Positions 22,101 through 30,623 of a DNA stretch of 64,000 nucleotides are shown piece by piece. The stretch lies in IMG/VR virus record IMGVR_UViG_3300045988_117477, positions 33,725 to 97,724 of that record. The stretch is one strand, 5' to 3'. Position 1 is the first letter of the stretch, and every line of letters starts with the position of its first letter. A program made the translations under genes and the position numbers. The DNA comes from a virus. The notes beneath the pieces were generated by a model. It was not told the DNA's origin, ran no database searches, and saw only the letters and a list, made by a program, of their open reading frames with translations.

Positions 22101-22547
22101 ACGTTCCTTATCATGCAAGCCGTATCTATGCTTCTTGCCGGGTGGCGTGATGATGATGAAAACGAGGAAAGTTGGCTTACTCAATTCGGATCCTACGTAG
22201 GATTCAGAACCATAAACGAAATAGCTTCACAGATGCCGTTTATTATGGAGCTTAATGTGGTAGATATCATTAACGACCCGTTTGTTATGGGAAGGAAACT
22301 TAAGGATCTTACCGATCTTAGGAACTACTCACTTGATAAAGTGACATCCGGTACATACGAAGGAGAGTCTAAGTTATTTAGGCAGCTCGCCAAACAGACG
22401 TTTATCAAACAATGGTATAACATCAAGACACCAGAAGACGTGGCACGCGCCTATAATTGGTGGCAGCAGACGAACAATAAGTCAATGATGTTCTTTATCG
22501 GCGCCACTCCTGATTCGGAAGGAGATGATGATGTTAGCTACAAATAG
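16134..22547 (+). CDS. Giant protein (2137 aa). Largely helical and charged, with hydrophobic segments near the C-terminus. Possibly a tape-measure or ejected internal virion protein.
   Basis: Single uninterrupted 6.4-kb ORF. No polymerase DxDGD motif found. Hydrophobic stretches such as LSVYAGTFLIMQAVSMLLAGW. Confidence 0.55.
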   Translation: MVSTCIIKRDNKKKVVSVSTRSGDRSMLFDKIASIPLMENRERATTVFKTVFSNKFLKAFGDWRKKVPVNKQAYNKVKSNIDLIPEAYRERVLDKASKMSNPVLVSKSDAPYEIRESGFGFYSQDLGDNIMLVDAMVPSSISVPEGPGIDAGQYLQDAISSDFTPVSMVQDKGVNYMVIKDGLKIFSPEELPQTDSNPVGVTYQTGEPRLFFINDRNQLFEDYGEALRSGGNDIRIGFLSGTVQESTVDGVADITYKAGKYVLNNPKSFIPVMTASASTSLSTKGGIINYLIKKGLLSGSKIFDPETRSYYLTGEGHTGQIRLFNSALSYTELRNHFGSDVSMNDQGMITISSLDNSKVTMRLATGGTERVSKEQIKNDLKSGRYNELDAKYDHFDALVVSFILEDNDLYADTKAKIVSDYSRQERDQRNSIVEILKTLGVSVIGMTDYIEKYQTKYGHEPSAKALADIANNVIAVGEDATLSDLVEETAHFLVEAYRDQNAVEAVLQDVEGTEEWNQYAGQYYNTYGKVYEGAELDNAVRREILGKILAREMQTGTAQAPVEPTSFLGRVRQLLSGIVSWLKSALSTQRQDLNNVIKNIRDLAITDIDKGFDTSLLKDNDFTLYSLSSMNKNKFLESKIRSLRKTLRDLRQISSDRAVTTSMTLAQLKTIEDKINKVETEIDKNEMAAAMNSMISTAEAQVRYLSNVVNTILHGDTKDGKLHFNTNDRKNVDIINNQVLPIMNDLRGYIRNRSTEFDEREKQDYTNRINTVIADINGIQSDIKSVQDLDESTLLDKLMNELHVPADKVKRVKEFFDKVQHDVSWISRWFGILEHSSSPFNNALGAMIAKDNYNAMVNAQPAISDFLAYAKKHGFNKSEFEKLLQKVDGKTSNYLRSALDMAKYDRNKKLAQMRAFATAMNIEISEEEIGDVVDNNRNYVFKREVVDKDGNTVTENAKFKPSSDRVNTDIFTIEQEKIYTEQMEKWDAENSELEFSESYATRMESIYKKAEEELGHPVSQTTKEYLNALSRQKRILRQPFIDSGGNFDEVAYYKSSNYEEEGLLRKQRKEAASEYIYVGTRRVEKTGDQLKMAKEIQAINEVWRKESNNATNAVSESFLQKLRTIQSESGGEAALKTLMLGGHLSFNDRFWNDVESEQSARTESNNKASYLKMAHDIISSTTSDRDATDVDSIVKDIEKNKAIIKEIIGNNRDVADIGEINEATFTSSERDAFRAASEAIEADYAILIDYAKMVGLEDIDKYLTKSSKAENEVNQSYLNALADSKEIEWQFAQRHTTAKKAKRIQALRDKLFMAQDNRYMFTVSETNYLSEKLGIDKKLDRRDFRNAVRAKMSDIFGHDNGVAEVNDIVNEFARSQVFSYYKRMAPTGYAAMIDKIGRGEIDVAQMVKDVQNGTSTQDYGMDISYLSFDPARAWVAESEAENSGRNPDYVKDHGYGHRMPKKSLYRDESYFNDFGIKYDADGNEVATKNVEQWNMIQKLKEIKRQSLDLYKEQSPNLYAIPQISKQDIERIEGLGISLKSTVRNFVSDLCLDRVDDSLYGKTRQGEVYDPEDRVRSIPKYYIYELENQDDVSHDFGYSYSMLMMQSSLYNEKQKSIELAQGLEQMLLNKQFEGGKKAEATQAYQMFRDFFNDHYYGIRMNTKKLTVNIGGYTVDLTRIMMAVERFMSVMNLALSPFVAATGALTGHINLIMESAVGQYISKDSLKYASAEFSRLAPSCIAETGDIDRKSKLYVIGERMGIFNIRNRMYGAGYNRVARTLMRSPMYAFMEILNYPLDPQVMIATMDNVRYYKGRFYTFQDFKMEKERNKEQSTIKREWNALKDRTLWSMVDVVDGKVVVKPGSGVTAEEVETQMAITRNQVRSLSQICNGSLNEENRTAASRNWIARFMTAHRGWLVLAAQRLWKRRGFNFQTMQEEEGLSITLKNMIAKTFSLASESGMKNIIDAWNENKDNMNEVEKTNLKRLSVYAGTFLIMQAVSMLLAGWRDDDENEESWLTQFGSYVGFRTINEIASQMPFIMELNVVDIINDPFVMGRKLKDLTDLRNYSLDKVTSGTYEGESKLFRQLAKQTFIKQWYNIKTPEDVARAYNWWQQTNNKSMMFFIGATPDSEGDDDVSYK

Positions 22548-22685
22548 ACGAAGAATATTGGGCTTGCATTGTTTTTGTATGATTTCAATATACTATCTTA
22601 GCATTGTCAAAGAGTAGATTGTACGTTTTTTGTTCTTACTTGAAAGATTATGTAGGTTTAATTTTTTCTGAAATTGTTTTCTTAC

Positions 22686-22727
22686 CGGTTCTCAGTCAGA
22701 GATGATAGAGAACCGGTTTCTTTTGTT
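22686..22727 (+). terminator. Rho-independent terminator at the convergent junction of the + and - gene blocks.
   Basis: Perfect 9-bp stem CCGGTTCTC / GAGAACCGG, 13-nt loop, then TTTCTTTTGTT. Confidence 0.55.
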
Positions 22728-22758
22728 ATGAAAAAAAGGTATATAATTACCTAAGTTT

Positions 22759-23247
22759 TTAAGCATTAACTTCATGACCTTCCCTATCTGTTAAAGCCAA
22801 ACCAACACCTTCTATAACGTATCCTACTACAGGAGCCTTATCAAATTCCTCCTTCGTAGCCCAAGTAGCATTATCAGGCATCAGATCCTTAAATGCATCC
22901 GAAACATCACCTTGGCACCAGCAGTTATTTGATGTAACAATACCCTTCCCTTCGATATTGATATACATTTTTCTTCCACCACATCCAAGGCTATTCCATC
23001 CTCTTGGCACGTTTTCCACCATAGGCTTAAGCACCCAGCTTTCACCGTCTATCCTAACCCATCCAGGATCGTCTTTGTGCTTGTCGTACATATTTTGCCA
23101 AAAAGAGCATTCGTAGCACCATCCCTTGTCTTCCATGATAGTTCTTATCTCACACCTTTCAAATCCATCTGCATCCAACGTGTGCGGAGAATGAGGCTGG
23201 TGAGGGGTGCCACATTTTGGACATACGAGTTTTAAATTATCTTTCAT
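22759..23247 (-). CDS. Zinc-ribbon protein, paralog of 45222..45665.
   Basis: Shared motifs CPKCG, IRTIMEDKGWCYECSFW, IDGESWV, GGRKM, FKDLMPDNATW. Confidence 0.5.
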   Translation of the reverse strand: MKDNLKLVCPKCGTPHQPHSPHTLDADGFERCEIRTIMEDKGWCYECSFWQNMYDKHKDDPGWVRIDGESWVLKPMVENVPRGWNSLGCGGRKMYINIEGKGIVTSNNCWCQGDVSDAFKDLMPDNATWATKEEFDKAPVVGYVIEGVGLALTDREGHEVNA

Positions 23248-23482
23248 ATTGCTTTACTTTTACGATTTTAATAGAATCACCAATATTGTATTCTCCTTGG
23301 TATCCAACGAATTTTATAATTCTATTATTTTTAAATATTGAAACTCTTTCGTCTTCACCATAATATATCACACGTCCACCATCTAAAGGAAGTAGATCAT
23401 ATATAACCCATCCTTCATTAACCTGATCATCATTCGAACATGATGATAACACAAGTGTCATCAATAAAATAAAATACCTCAT
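23237..23482 (-). CDS. Small putative lipoprotein.
   Basis: Signal peptide MRYFILLMTLVLSSC with lipobox LSSC. Confidence 0.45.
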   Translation of the reverse strand: MRYFILLMTLVLSSCSNDDQVNEGWVIYDLLPLDGGRVIYYGEDERVSIFKNNRIIKFVGYQGEYNIGDSIKIVKVKQYER

Positions 23483-23489
23483 ATTATTT

Positions 23490-23681
23490 TCAACATAAAA
23501 ATTTGTAACCTGGTTTTACTGCTTCCGCTTCTTCTCTCGTATCAAACATTAAGGTAGTGACAGCTCCTATACCTTCACAAACGTAAGATACTTTCACCCA
23601 CCACCTAAAAATACCAGAGCCGTAATCATCATAGTACGGCTCGGAAAGAACTTCTTCTACATATCCATCCAAATAATTCAT
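23490..23681 (-). CDS. Hypothetical small protein.
   Basis: 63 aa ORF in the co-directional tight gene run. Confidence 0.3.
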   Translation of the reverse strand: MNYLDGYVEEVLSEPYYDDYGSGIFRWWVKVSYVCEGIGAVTTLMFDTREEAEAVKPGYKFLC

Positions 23682-24400
23682 GATCGCTCCTCCTTATTTT
23701 TAGACTCAGCCTCTTCGAGTATGCTGATTACTTTATCGACGATATCTGAATCAGACATTTTCTCAATAAAAACATCCATTGCCTTAGTTATGTCATTGGC
23801 TTCTTTTTCTTCAAGAGCAATCTCTCCACCGGTAATAGCATCAGATAATGATGTAGATAAGTGTCTTATCTTATCAATGCTCATAAACGTAAATGGATTA
23901 CCACCCCAGCCTCCACCCATTTCTTTCATAATCTGATATCCACCTGAAATAAGTCTGCCTGATGTCGTGGCCAAGGAGGATACGATTAGGGACAGCACCG
24001 CCACCTCCGTCCGCTCCTCCGACAGGCCCTTCGACCACACGGCTGCCCTTATAGCGCCGGCCAGGTCGTCTATGTATGGCATGAGACAATCTTCCATCGC
24101 TTGTGTTATATCAGCAATAACCTCACTACGTTCTTTGTTTATGTAATATATAGAGGCATTGTATCTTTTTATCTCTTTGTCCATATCATTTAAAAAACGC
24201 TTGACATTATGTCTGTACATAGGACCGCCTTTAACCACTCCCTTCAGCTTAAGAATGTAATTATAAGCCTGGTCGTTTACAAATAATGTCATGGTCTCAA
24301 CCGTCGAATGAAGCGTGTTAAGACTGTTAAGAATCTTATCGAAATTATTTATCAAATAAGCTTTTCTGGCTTTTGCTGCGTAATTAATCATCGCATTCAA
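23678..24400 (-). CDS. Hypothetical protein.
   Basis: 240 aa ORF. Contains the GC-rich island 23965-24070. Confidence 0.4.
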   Translation of the reverse strand: MNAMINYAAKARKAYLINNFDKILNSLNTLHSTVETMTLFVNDQAYNYILKLKGVVKGGPMYRHNVKRFLNDMDKEIKRYNASIYYINKERSEVIADITQAMEDCLMPYIDDLAGAIRAAVWSKGLSEERTEVAVLSLIVSSLATTSGRLISGGYQIMKEMGGGWGGNPFTFMSIDKIRHLSTSLSDAITGGEIALEEKEANDITKAMDVFIEKMSDSDIVDKVISILEEAESKNKEERS

Positions 24401-24914
24401 ATTTTAGATTTTCAAGTTCATTCAATTGTTTCTTAATAGATTCGATCAGGTGCGCTCTCCGTTCCTCTGCATGTTTTAAAGCTTCTTCTTTGCTCTCAAA
24501 AGCATCCATTCCTATTTCATAAGGAGTGAACCTATCAGGGATGTCGGCTAACAAAAGACCACCATACTCTTCTATTTTAGCTTTTACTTTTCTTATTATA
24601 CCGTCTCTCAGGCACGCATCCGTAACCCATATAAATCTATCACATTCTTCTAATTCCCTTTCGTACAATTCATACCATTTCGGCTTAGGGAATCTTAATG
24701 TGAATCTAATTTCGGTATCTTTCTCTAAGACATTAATATCATACGCCTCCGGCCACAGTTCTTTTATACTGTCTTCGTCTTCAGCATACGCCACCAATAC
24801 AAATGAATTACTGGATTCTGCGCTACACCAATACGGGTATTTTATAGGCCATTTGACTGGACGGTAATCATTGTCACAGTCATCCTTTCTAATGTGAAAT
24901 CTTGCTCTGATCAT
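24384..24914 (-). CDS. Hypothetical protein.
   Basis: 176 aa ORF. Confidence 0.4.
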   Translation of the reverse strand: MIRARFHIRKDDCDNDYRPVKWPIKYPYWCSAESSNSFVLVAYAEDEDSIKELWPEAYDINVLEKDTEIRFTLRFPKPKWYELYERELEECDRFIWVTDACLRDGIIRKVKAKIEEYGGLLLADIPDRFTPYEIGMDAFESKEEALKHAEERRAHLIESIKKQLNELENLKFECDD

Positions 24915-24915
24915 A

Positions 24916-25224
24916 TTATTCTACTTTTTTGATTTCGCTCAAATCGTCTTCATACACCAAATAAGATCCTCTTCCAGGTCTTCCTTCTTTATTGGGTGCC
25001 TGGATCGTAAATATAACTGTTCCAGTACTCATGATTTGAACGCTCTTGAAGAAACCAACAAGAGATTCTTTCGAACGTTTGTAAAGAACGCTCACTTTAT
25101 CTCCCTTCTTGAATCCATAAACAGAATCGAAATAATCCTTTTTAATTCTTTCAATATTACTTCTGTGTTTGTCCATTGCTTCAAACTCGTCGTCTAACAG
25201 ACGAATCATTTGTTCTTTTGTCAT
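24916..25224 (-). CDS. Hypothetical protein.
   Basis: 102 aa ORF. Confidence 0.35.
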   Translation of the reverse strand: MTKEQMIRLLDDEFEAMDKHRSNIERIKKDYFDSVYGFKKGDKVSVLYKRSKESLVGFFKSVQIMSTGTVIFTIQAPNKEGRPGRGSYLVYEDDLSEIKKVE

Positions 25225-25778
25225 TTCTTTTCCTCCTTATTCAATGGTATTAATCCTTTTCCGTGCTTATCATACCACAGCATAGCTATACAATTCCACG
25301 CACATTGTGCAAGATGAAAACACCCTGTATCTGAGTCTATTCTTTCTCCTTTCATGTATTCCATCATATGTCGAAACATTGCAGCGCGATACCGTTCAAA
25401 CCCATTGTCAAGATTCTGCCAAGTATTAGGACCGTACTTTTTGGCTCCGGCATGATAGACTTTTACAATGTCCTCAATCTCTTCCATTGGAAGCAAATCC
25501 CATCGTAGTTTATCATCAATGATGTCATTTTTCACCGATTTGTTTTCTATGGGGTCTTTGGTAAGAATAATATCCATAATATCCGTTTCTATGACGAACG
25601 TCTCCCCATTGCAACAAACCTCAGCATATTTATCATTTACTTCTATGTCTGATACTGCCTCCGCTATAGCTCCTTTGACGATTTTAAATTCGGCACTGAT
25701 TATATCATCTTTTAATATGCGAAAAATAGATCCTTTTGGATAAAGGATATTTTTAGTATTATCATCCATCTTTTCCAT
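25221..25778 (-). CDS. DUF5664-like (dATP/dGTP diphosphohydrolase N-terminal-like) phage protein.
   Basis: Motif KLRWDLLP...GAKKYGPNTWQN...RYRAAMFRHM matches the recalled family signature. Confidence 0.45.
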   Translation of the reverse strand: MEKMDDNTKNILYPKGSIFRILKDDIISAEFKIVKGAIAEAVSDIEVNDKYAEVCCNGETFVIETDIMDIILTKDPIENKSVKNDIIDDKLRWDLLPMEEIEDIVKVYHAGAKKYGPNTWQNLDNGFERYRAAMFRHMMEYMKGERIDSDTGCFHLAQCAWNCIAMLWYDKHGKGLIPLNKEEKK

Positions 25779-25830
25779 TGCTTTATCGTTGTTTTACCTC
25801 ATTTCGATAGTAATATAATCCATCTTCGTC

Positions 25831-26118
25831 TTACACTCTATCATTCCTGTTATTCTCAAAATATTGTCTTACGGCTTCAATCGCCTTATCGTCATCAAAA
25901 GCCTCTACAAACCCCTCATAGAATCTATTTCGCTCCATAGAGAACGTATTGCTTCCATCCGGAATGGTTCTGAACACAACTACCTTCTCTCCATCTACGT
26001 TCGTTCCTATGATGTTGTTATGGAGAATAATAGAATACCGCCCAGAGTTTTTGTTCTGGACGACACTATGTTCGAGATTGTAGAGCCTAAGTAGTTCTCT
26101 TATTTCTTTTACTCCCAT
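25831..26118 (-). CDS. Hypothetical protein.
   Basis: 95 aa ORF. Confidence 0.35.
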   Translation of the reverse strand: MGVKEIRELLRLYNLEHSVVQNKNSGRYSIILHNNIIGTNVDGEKVVVFRTIPDGSNTFSMERNRFYEGFVEAFDDDKAIEAVRQYFENNRNDRV

Positions 26119-26119
26119 A

Positions 26120-26836
26120 TTATTTTACGTTTTTAGAAGTTACAGCCTCTTCTCCCCATTTCTTTACATATATAGATCTCATCATGTTCATTAAATTAGA
26201 GAAAGAAGAGATGGTTCCCATTTCTATACAAAATGCAAGATTAGATTGAAGCATTTCAAGTTCTTTTAACTGCTCTTGAGTTGCTCTGTTATCTAAAACA
26301 TATTTATGTTTATTGAATACAATCCAGTTTAACTTATCAGCCATTTCTATATAATCAACATCTTCAAATTTTGATACAGACCTTGAAAGAGTATTGTATT
26401 TATCCCCTATCTCTATTCTATCCAAAATAAGTTTATCATTTAACCATCCAGTAACTTCTGCATACAGCATAGGATTTAATTCTATAGCGACTAATACCCA
26501 TATGTAGGGATCACACATAACATTTCTGTTTGTTCCTCTTCCTGTAGTCTTATAGGCATTATACCACTTCATTACTTTTATCAAAGAGTTGTTTTCCACT
26601 ATATCCATAAACTCTTTCAAGGTTTCACTTTTTATGTATTTCTGTTTTTTAAGAATATAAAATATCCTTTCTGCACTCTCCTTGTTCGAAAGAATATTTT
26701 CTATTCTCTTATCATTCCACCCCATCTCCACTCTTTTTCTTGTATATGCCTCTTGTAATCCAGTTAATGACATAAAGGAAGTTTTAATGTCCTGTCTGAT
26801 TACCACTCCATACAATAACCTGTCTTTAGAAATCAT
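26120..26836 (-). CDS. Hypothetical protein.
   Basis: 238 aa ORF. Confidence 0.4.
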   Translation of the reverse strand: MISKDRLLYGVVIRQDIKTSFMSLTGLQEAYTRKRVEMGWNDKRIENILSNKESAERIFYILKKQKYIKSETLKEFMDIVENNSLIKVMKWYNAYKTTGRGTNRNVMCDPYIWVLVAIELNPMLYAEVTGWLNDKLILDRIEIGDKYNTLSRSVSKFEDVDYIEMADKLNWIVFNKHKYVLDNRATQEQLKELEMLQSNLAFCIEMGTISSFSNLMNMMRSIYVKKWGEEAVTSKNVK

Positions 26837-26956
26837 AACTTTTAAATTATTTAATAAAATACGCTTGTATTAAAATTACACGACGTAAAAATATAGATTG
26901 TGTAACTTTAATACAAGCGTATTGTGTTAAATTTTACTTATAGTGTTTTTATAGAC

Positions 26957-27313
26957 TCACATTATTCCTTCTAAATTTACTTTTATAGAACCATTTATGG
27001 TTTTAATGCTCCCATCTATGGTTGAAATCACATCATCTATATCATTTATAATACTTTCCATGTCATCAACCACCTCCTCCATATCAGTTACAGCCTGATC
27101 TGATTCCCAATATCTTTCTGAGTCTTGTAACGATTCTGGTATATTATCTCTCGCCTCAGTCTCTTCATCTAAAATCATATCAACATCATCTTTGGCTGAA
27201 TTTATGTTGTGCTTCAACTCCGACAACTTTGATTTGATGTATTCAAAATCTGTTTTATACTTATTTACGTTGTTAATAACATCCGATATTTTTTTTCTTC
27301 TCTTGTTGTTCAT
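26957..27313 (-). CDS. Acidic coiled-coil protein.
   Basis: 118 aa ORF rich in D/E/I. Confidence 0.35.
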   Translation of the reverse strand: MNNKRRKKISDVINNVNKYKTDFEYIKSKLSELKHNINSAKDDVDMILDEETEARDNIPESLQDSERYWESDQAVTDMEEVVDDMESIINDIDDVISTIDGSIKTINGSIKVNLEGIM

Positions 27314-28731
27314 GCCTTTATCCTATTATAATATTCGATAATCTTTTCTTTTCTATCTCCTGGTTTTACTGCCATATTCTCAGCCAAGAACCTAAAATAC
27401 GACACCGGTATGTCCTTGAATCTAATTCCTTCATATTTTCCAAACCACATTATTATACTGTCAAGATCGTCCTCTCTCCTACCATCTCCATTCACAGATT
27501 TAAGCGAGGCTGCCCGGCGAAGGATCTCGTCTTTGGTAATAATATCACCCATCCTTATATTGGACAGAAGTTGATCGCCGGCAAACATACACCAGCCCTT
27601 AGAAGGGAATTGTTCGATTGTCAAGTCTTCTATCCGACCGAAACGCCTCATGTTGTCGCAGCAATCAACTATCAGCGCCTCTTTCTTGTCAGGATGGATG
27701 CGGACGGCGCGGCCTAATATTTGGTAATAAGTTGAATATGAGAAAGTTGGTCGACCAAACATCACACAATCAAGTTCAGGAAAATCGAACCCTGTTGCCA
27801 GCGTTGAATAATTAAACACGACCTTTAACTTACCTTCTTTGAAATCGGATATAATTTGCTCTCTTTTCTTTTTGGTTGTTAGCGATGTTACGACACCTGT
27901 TATGGCTCCCATTTTGGTATTCATGAACTCGGATATCCTATTACATGATTCTATAGAATCCATGCATACTAAAATGGCCTTACGCTCGTTCATAAGCTGA
28001 AGAAGACGCTTATAGATAGAGTTGTTTAAGCCGTTTCGTACAATACTTTCTTTAATAGATTCGTTGGTGTATTCGGCTCCGGTGCTGTTTAACATCAGAG
28101 CCGATTCATCAAATGACCATCGTTCGTACTTAAGTGGACACCAAAACCCTTGAGAAGTTAGTTCTTGTATTTGAGTCACATGAACTATTTTCTTGAAGAA
28201 GTTATGTTCGTCTTTCGTCAGCATATTGAGCTTGCTGTAGTTTCCTTCCAGCATGGAGCTGTAGGTCCGGAGGCGGCAGGGCGTGGCGGTGAAGCCCAGC
28301 ACCTTCGCCTCTGGAAACCTGCTCATAAACTCCATAAATTCAGAACCTTCTTCTGGGGAATATCCTGAATGACATTCGTCTATCAATAAGGTATCTATCC
28401 CTATATCCTTCAACTTCGCTACATCTTTCTTTATGCTCTTTAATGTTGCATAAGTCATAGCCGACAGTTCTTTTATACCACATGAAGCAGAATATATAGT
28501 AGGTTTAGAACCGAATGATACGGCCTTTGCATAATTCTGCTCCAGAATCTCTTTTGAGGGCTGTAATACTAATGTCGGTCTATTTATTTCATGTGCTATC
28601 TTGGATATCAGAAGGCTCTTTCCACATCCGCATGGGGCTACGATTATGCCAGGCTTCTTAGATCTTCCTGTAAGAAACTTAAGCCCGGCATCTACTGCCT
28701 CTTTCTGGTAAGGTCTAAGTTCAAAGCCCAT
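27310..28731 (-). CDS. Superfamily-2 DEAD/DEAH-box-type DNA helicase with a C-terminal DUF3820-like motif.
   Basis: Motif I APCGCGKS. Motif II DECH. Motif III TATP. C-terminus MWFGKYEGIRFKDIPVSYFRFL. Confidence 0.75.
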   Translation of the reverse strand: MGFELRPYQKEAVDAGLKFLTGRSKKPGIIVAPCGCGKSLLISKIAHEINRPTLVLQPSKEILEQNYAKAVSFGSKPTIYSASCGIKELSAMTYATLKSIKKDVAKLKDIGIDTLLIDECHSGYSPEEGSEFMEFMSRFPEAKVLGFTATPCRLRTYSSMLEGNYSKLNMLTKDEHNFFKKIVHVTQIQELTSQGFWCPLKYERWSFDESALMLNSTGAEYTNESIKESIVRNGLNNSIYKRLLQLMNERKAILVCMDSIESCNRISEFMNTKMGAITGVVTSLTTKKKREQIISDFKEGKLKVVFNYSTLATGFDFPELDCVMFGRPTFSYSTYYQILGRAVRIHPDKKEALIVDCCDNMRRFGRIEDLTIEQFPSKGWCMFAGDQLLSNIRMGDIITKDEILRRAASLKSVNGDGRREDDLDSIIMWFGKYEGIRFKDIPVSYFRFLAENMAVKPGDRKEKIIEYYNRIKA

Positions 28732-29107
28732 CGCAATCTATTTTGCTGTTTTTTGAAAGTTCTATTATCGCCTCTTTCAACATCTCCCTTGCCTTATTCT
28801 CATTATCTTCAAACAGGCATACACTGCATGTAGCACCTTTGGAGGGGTAGTCTCTGTAGGCTTCTGCTCTTTCTACAACGTATTCACAACAATAGTCGTG
28901 ACTCATGTCTTTTGCTATACTTATAAAATGATCTTCTCCATCCATCAACACGCAATATTCAGCATCGTTTTCGCATGCAATAACACCTTTGTTTTTTAAA
29001 ATGGATAGCACTTTATTTCCAAAAAGTCCAATATAGACCCATATATCTTTCCCTGCATTTTTGTAAAAAATATCCATCCCTTCTTTGATTGTGACTTTCT
29101 TTTCCAT
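28721..29107 (-). CDS. Hypothetical protein.
   Basis: 128 aa ORF. Confidence 0.35.
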   Translation of the reverse strand: MEKKVTIKEGMDIFYKNAGKDIWVYIGLFGNKVLSILKNKGVIACENDAEYCVLMDGEDHFISIAKDMSHDYCCEYVVERAEAYRDYPSKGATCSVCLFEDNENKAREMLKEAIIELSKNSKIDCDGL

Positions 29108-29113
29108 AACCCC

Positions 29114-29437
29114 TTATTTTATATCAGTAATTAAAATATATTTTTTAACAATATCTTCAAGACTTATAGAAGAACGTATATATAGTTTTTCTTCATACAC
29201 ATACAGAGCGTACCCTTCTTTTATGTCTAATATCTTAATCACATGCTTGCCTCTTTCAAATGGATCCTCAAAGTAGTTCTTATGTTCGTATCTTTGGCCT
29301 ACTTTGATTTTGTCAGTTTTCTTCTTCATCTTGTAACGACCTACTGCTTCACCTGTTTTTATGAAAATTGTCGTGAGCAAGTATAATAAAACTAAATACA
29401 AAAGGATCGCTACTCCACATATTATATCTTCTTTCAT
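29114..29437 (-). CDS. Small membrane protein.
   Basis: N-terminal hydrophobic helix ICGVAILLYLVLLYLLTTIFI. Confidence 0.35.
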   Translation of the reverse strand: MKEDIICGVAILLYLVLLYLLTTIFIKTGEAVGRYKMKKKTDKIKVGQRYEHKNYFEDPFERGKHVIKILDIKEGYALYVYEEKLYIRSSISLEDIVKKYILITDIK

Positions 29438-29603
29438 TGCACTCCCTTTAAGTAGTTAAACCAAATAGCCTCAAGTTTCTCCTGGAACTCAAACGCCTTT
29501 TTAAAATTTCCGCACCGTACCGCCACGTTCCTCATCTCTTCAAGATATATGACTTCCGGATCTTGCCGGTATTTTGTTCTTAACTTTTGAACGTCCTCGT
29601 ATT

Positions 29604-30623
29604 TCATCGTTTTATCTTTTTAGACGGATCCCAATCCGAAGAGAAAGGGCATTCGTTTTTGTTATGTAATCCAAAGTCACAATAATAACACAGTGCCGAC
29701 GGGCAGGGTAGCTTGTTTTGCGGAACAGGCTGGCTTAGGGTGGCACGCCGCTTGCTATATCTGGCTCCTTCTGCCCCCTGGATGTATGCCTGAAATGTTT
29801 TTACACTATTATCTTCAAAATCATACATTTTAGATAAAGTGTCATTTAGCATCTCTATAGATTTTGTTTTACGTTCTTCATCCACCTTAACCTTTTGGTA
29901 CTGCCTGGTTCTGGTAAAGAAATAGATGTTCATATCTGGTAGAACCCCACCATATTTTCTATAGATGTAAAACGAATATATAGGATGCTGTAAATTCGTT
30001 TCCAACTTCTTAGAATCAAAAACCTTATTCCCTGATTTCCAATCTATGACATAATGGTGAATTACGTTCTTGCTCTTTATAGCCAGATGAAGGTCTACTG
30101 ATCCTACTATGTACACATGGGTATGAATTACCCCATTTATGTCAACTGGCTTAGGAAGGCGGTACGGCAGCACAAAATCTTCTTCGACTCCAACTATAGC
30201 GCCGTGTCTGATAAGTTTCTCACAAGGATTAAGATCACTATCAGCTATCATAAACCTATTGCCGTCTTTTTTAAACAGATCCACAATCCAAGCAAGAAGC
30301 TCCCCAGATTGTTTCATGGCTATCATCATATTTTCCGGTGATTGCCAAGGTATGTCTTCTTGGTAAGCATAGTAACTTATTGCTTCTCCAAGGTCTTTGC
30401 CAGAAGGCTGCCTTCCGTTCTTAAAAAAGTATTCCAGTGTCTTATGGATAACCGTACCATAAGACGTAGCTTCTTGTTTTTCTGTAGACCTTTTGCCCTC
30501 TACGTAAGTCTTATACCATTTCATTGGACAGGTAAGAAACGTGTCTATCTGGGAATAAGATATGGCAAGACGTTTCACACCATTAAACTCCTTATATAGC
30601 AAATGCGTTTCCGGGACCATCAT
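29604..30623 (-). CDS. Cas4-like / RecB-family PD-(D/E)xK nuclease with a C-terminal Cys cluster.
   Basis: YSQIDTFLTCPMKWY N-terminus. IDWKSG (DxK). QHPIY. C-terminal CPSALCYYCDFGLHNKNECPF, a likely Fe-S site. Confidence 0.65.
   Translation of the reverse strand: MMVPETHLLYKEFNGVKRLAISYSQIDTFLTCPMKWYKTYVEGKRSTEKQEATSYGTVIHKTLEYFFKNGRQPSGKDLGEAISYYAYQEDIPWQSPENMMIAMKQSGELLAWIVDLFKKDGNRFMIADSDLNPCEKLIRHGAIVGVEEDFVLPYRLPKPVDINGVIHTHVYIVGSVDLHLAIKSKNVIHHYVIDWKSGNKVFDSKKLETNLQHPIYSFYIYRKYGGVLPDMNIYFFTRTRQYQKVKVDEERKTKSIEMLNDTLSKMYDFEDNSVKTFQAYIQGAEGARYSKRRATLSQPVPQNKLPCPSALCYYCDFGLHNKNECPFSSDWDPSKKIKR

Noticed and set aside
16134-22547. The giant 2137-aa protein as a crAss-like virion RNA polymerase.
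   Set aside because: No DxDGD / double-psi beta-barrel catalytic motifs were found by eye. YDADGNE is the closest match and does not fit.
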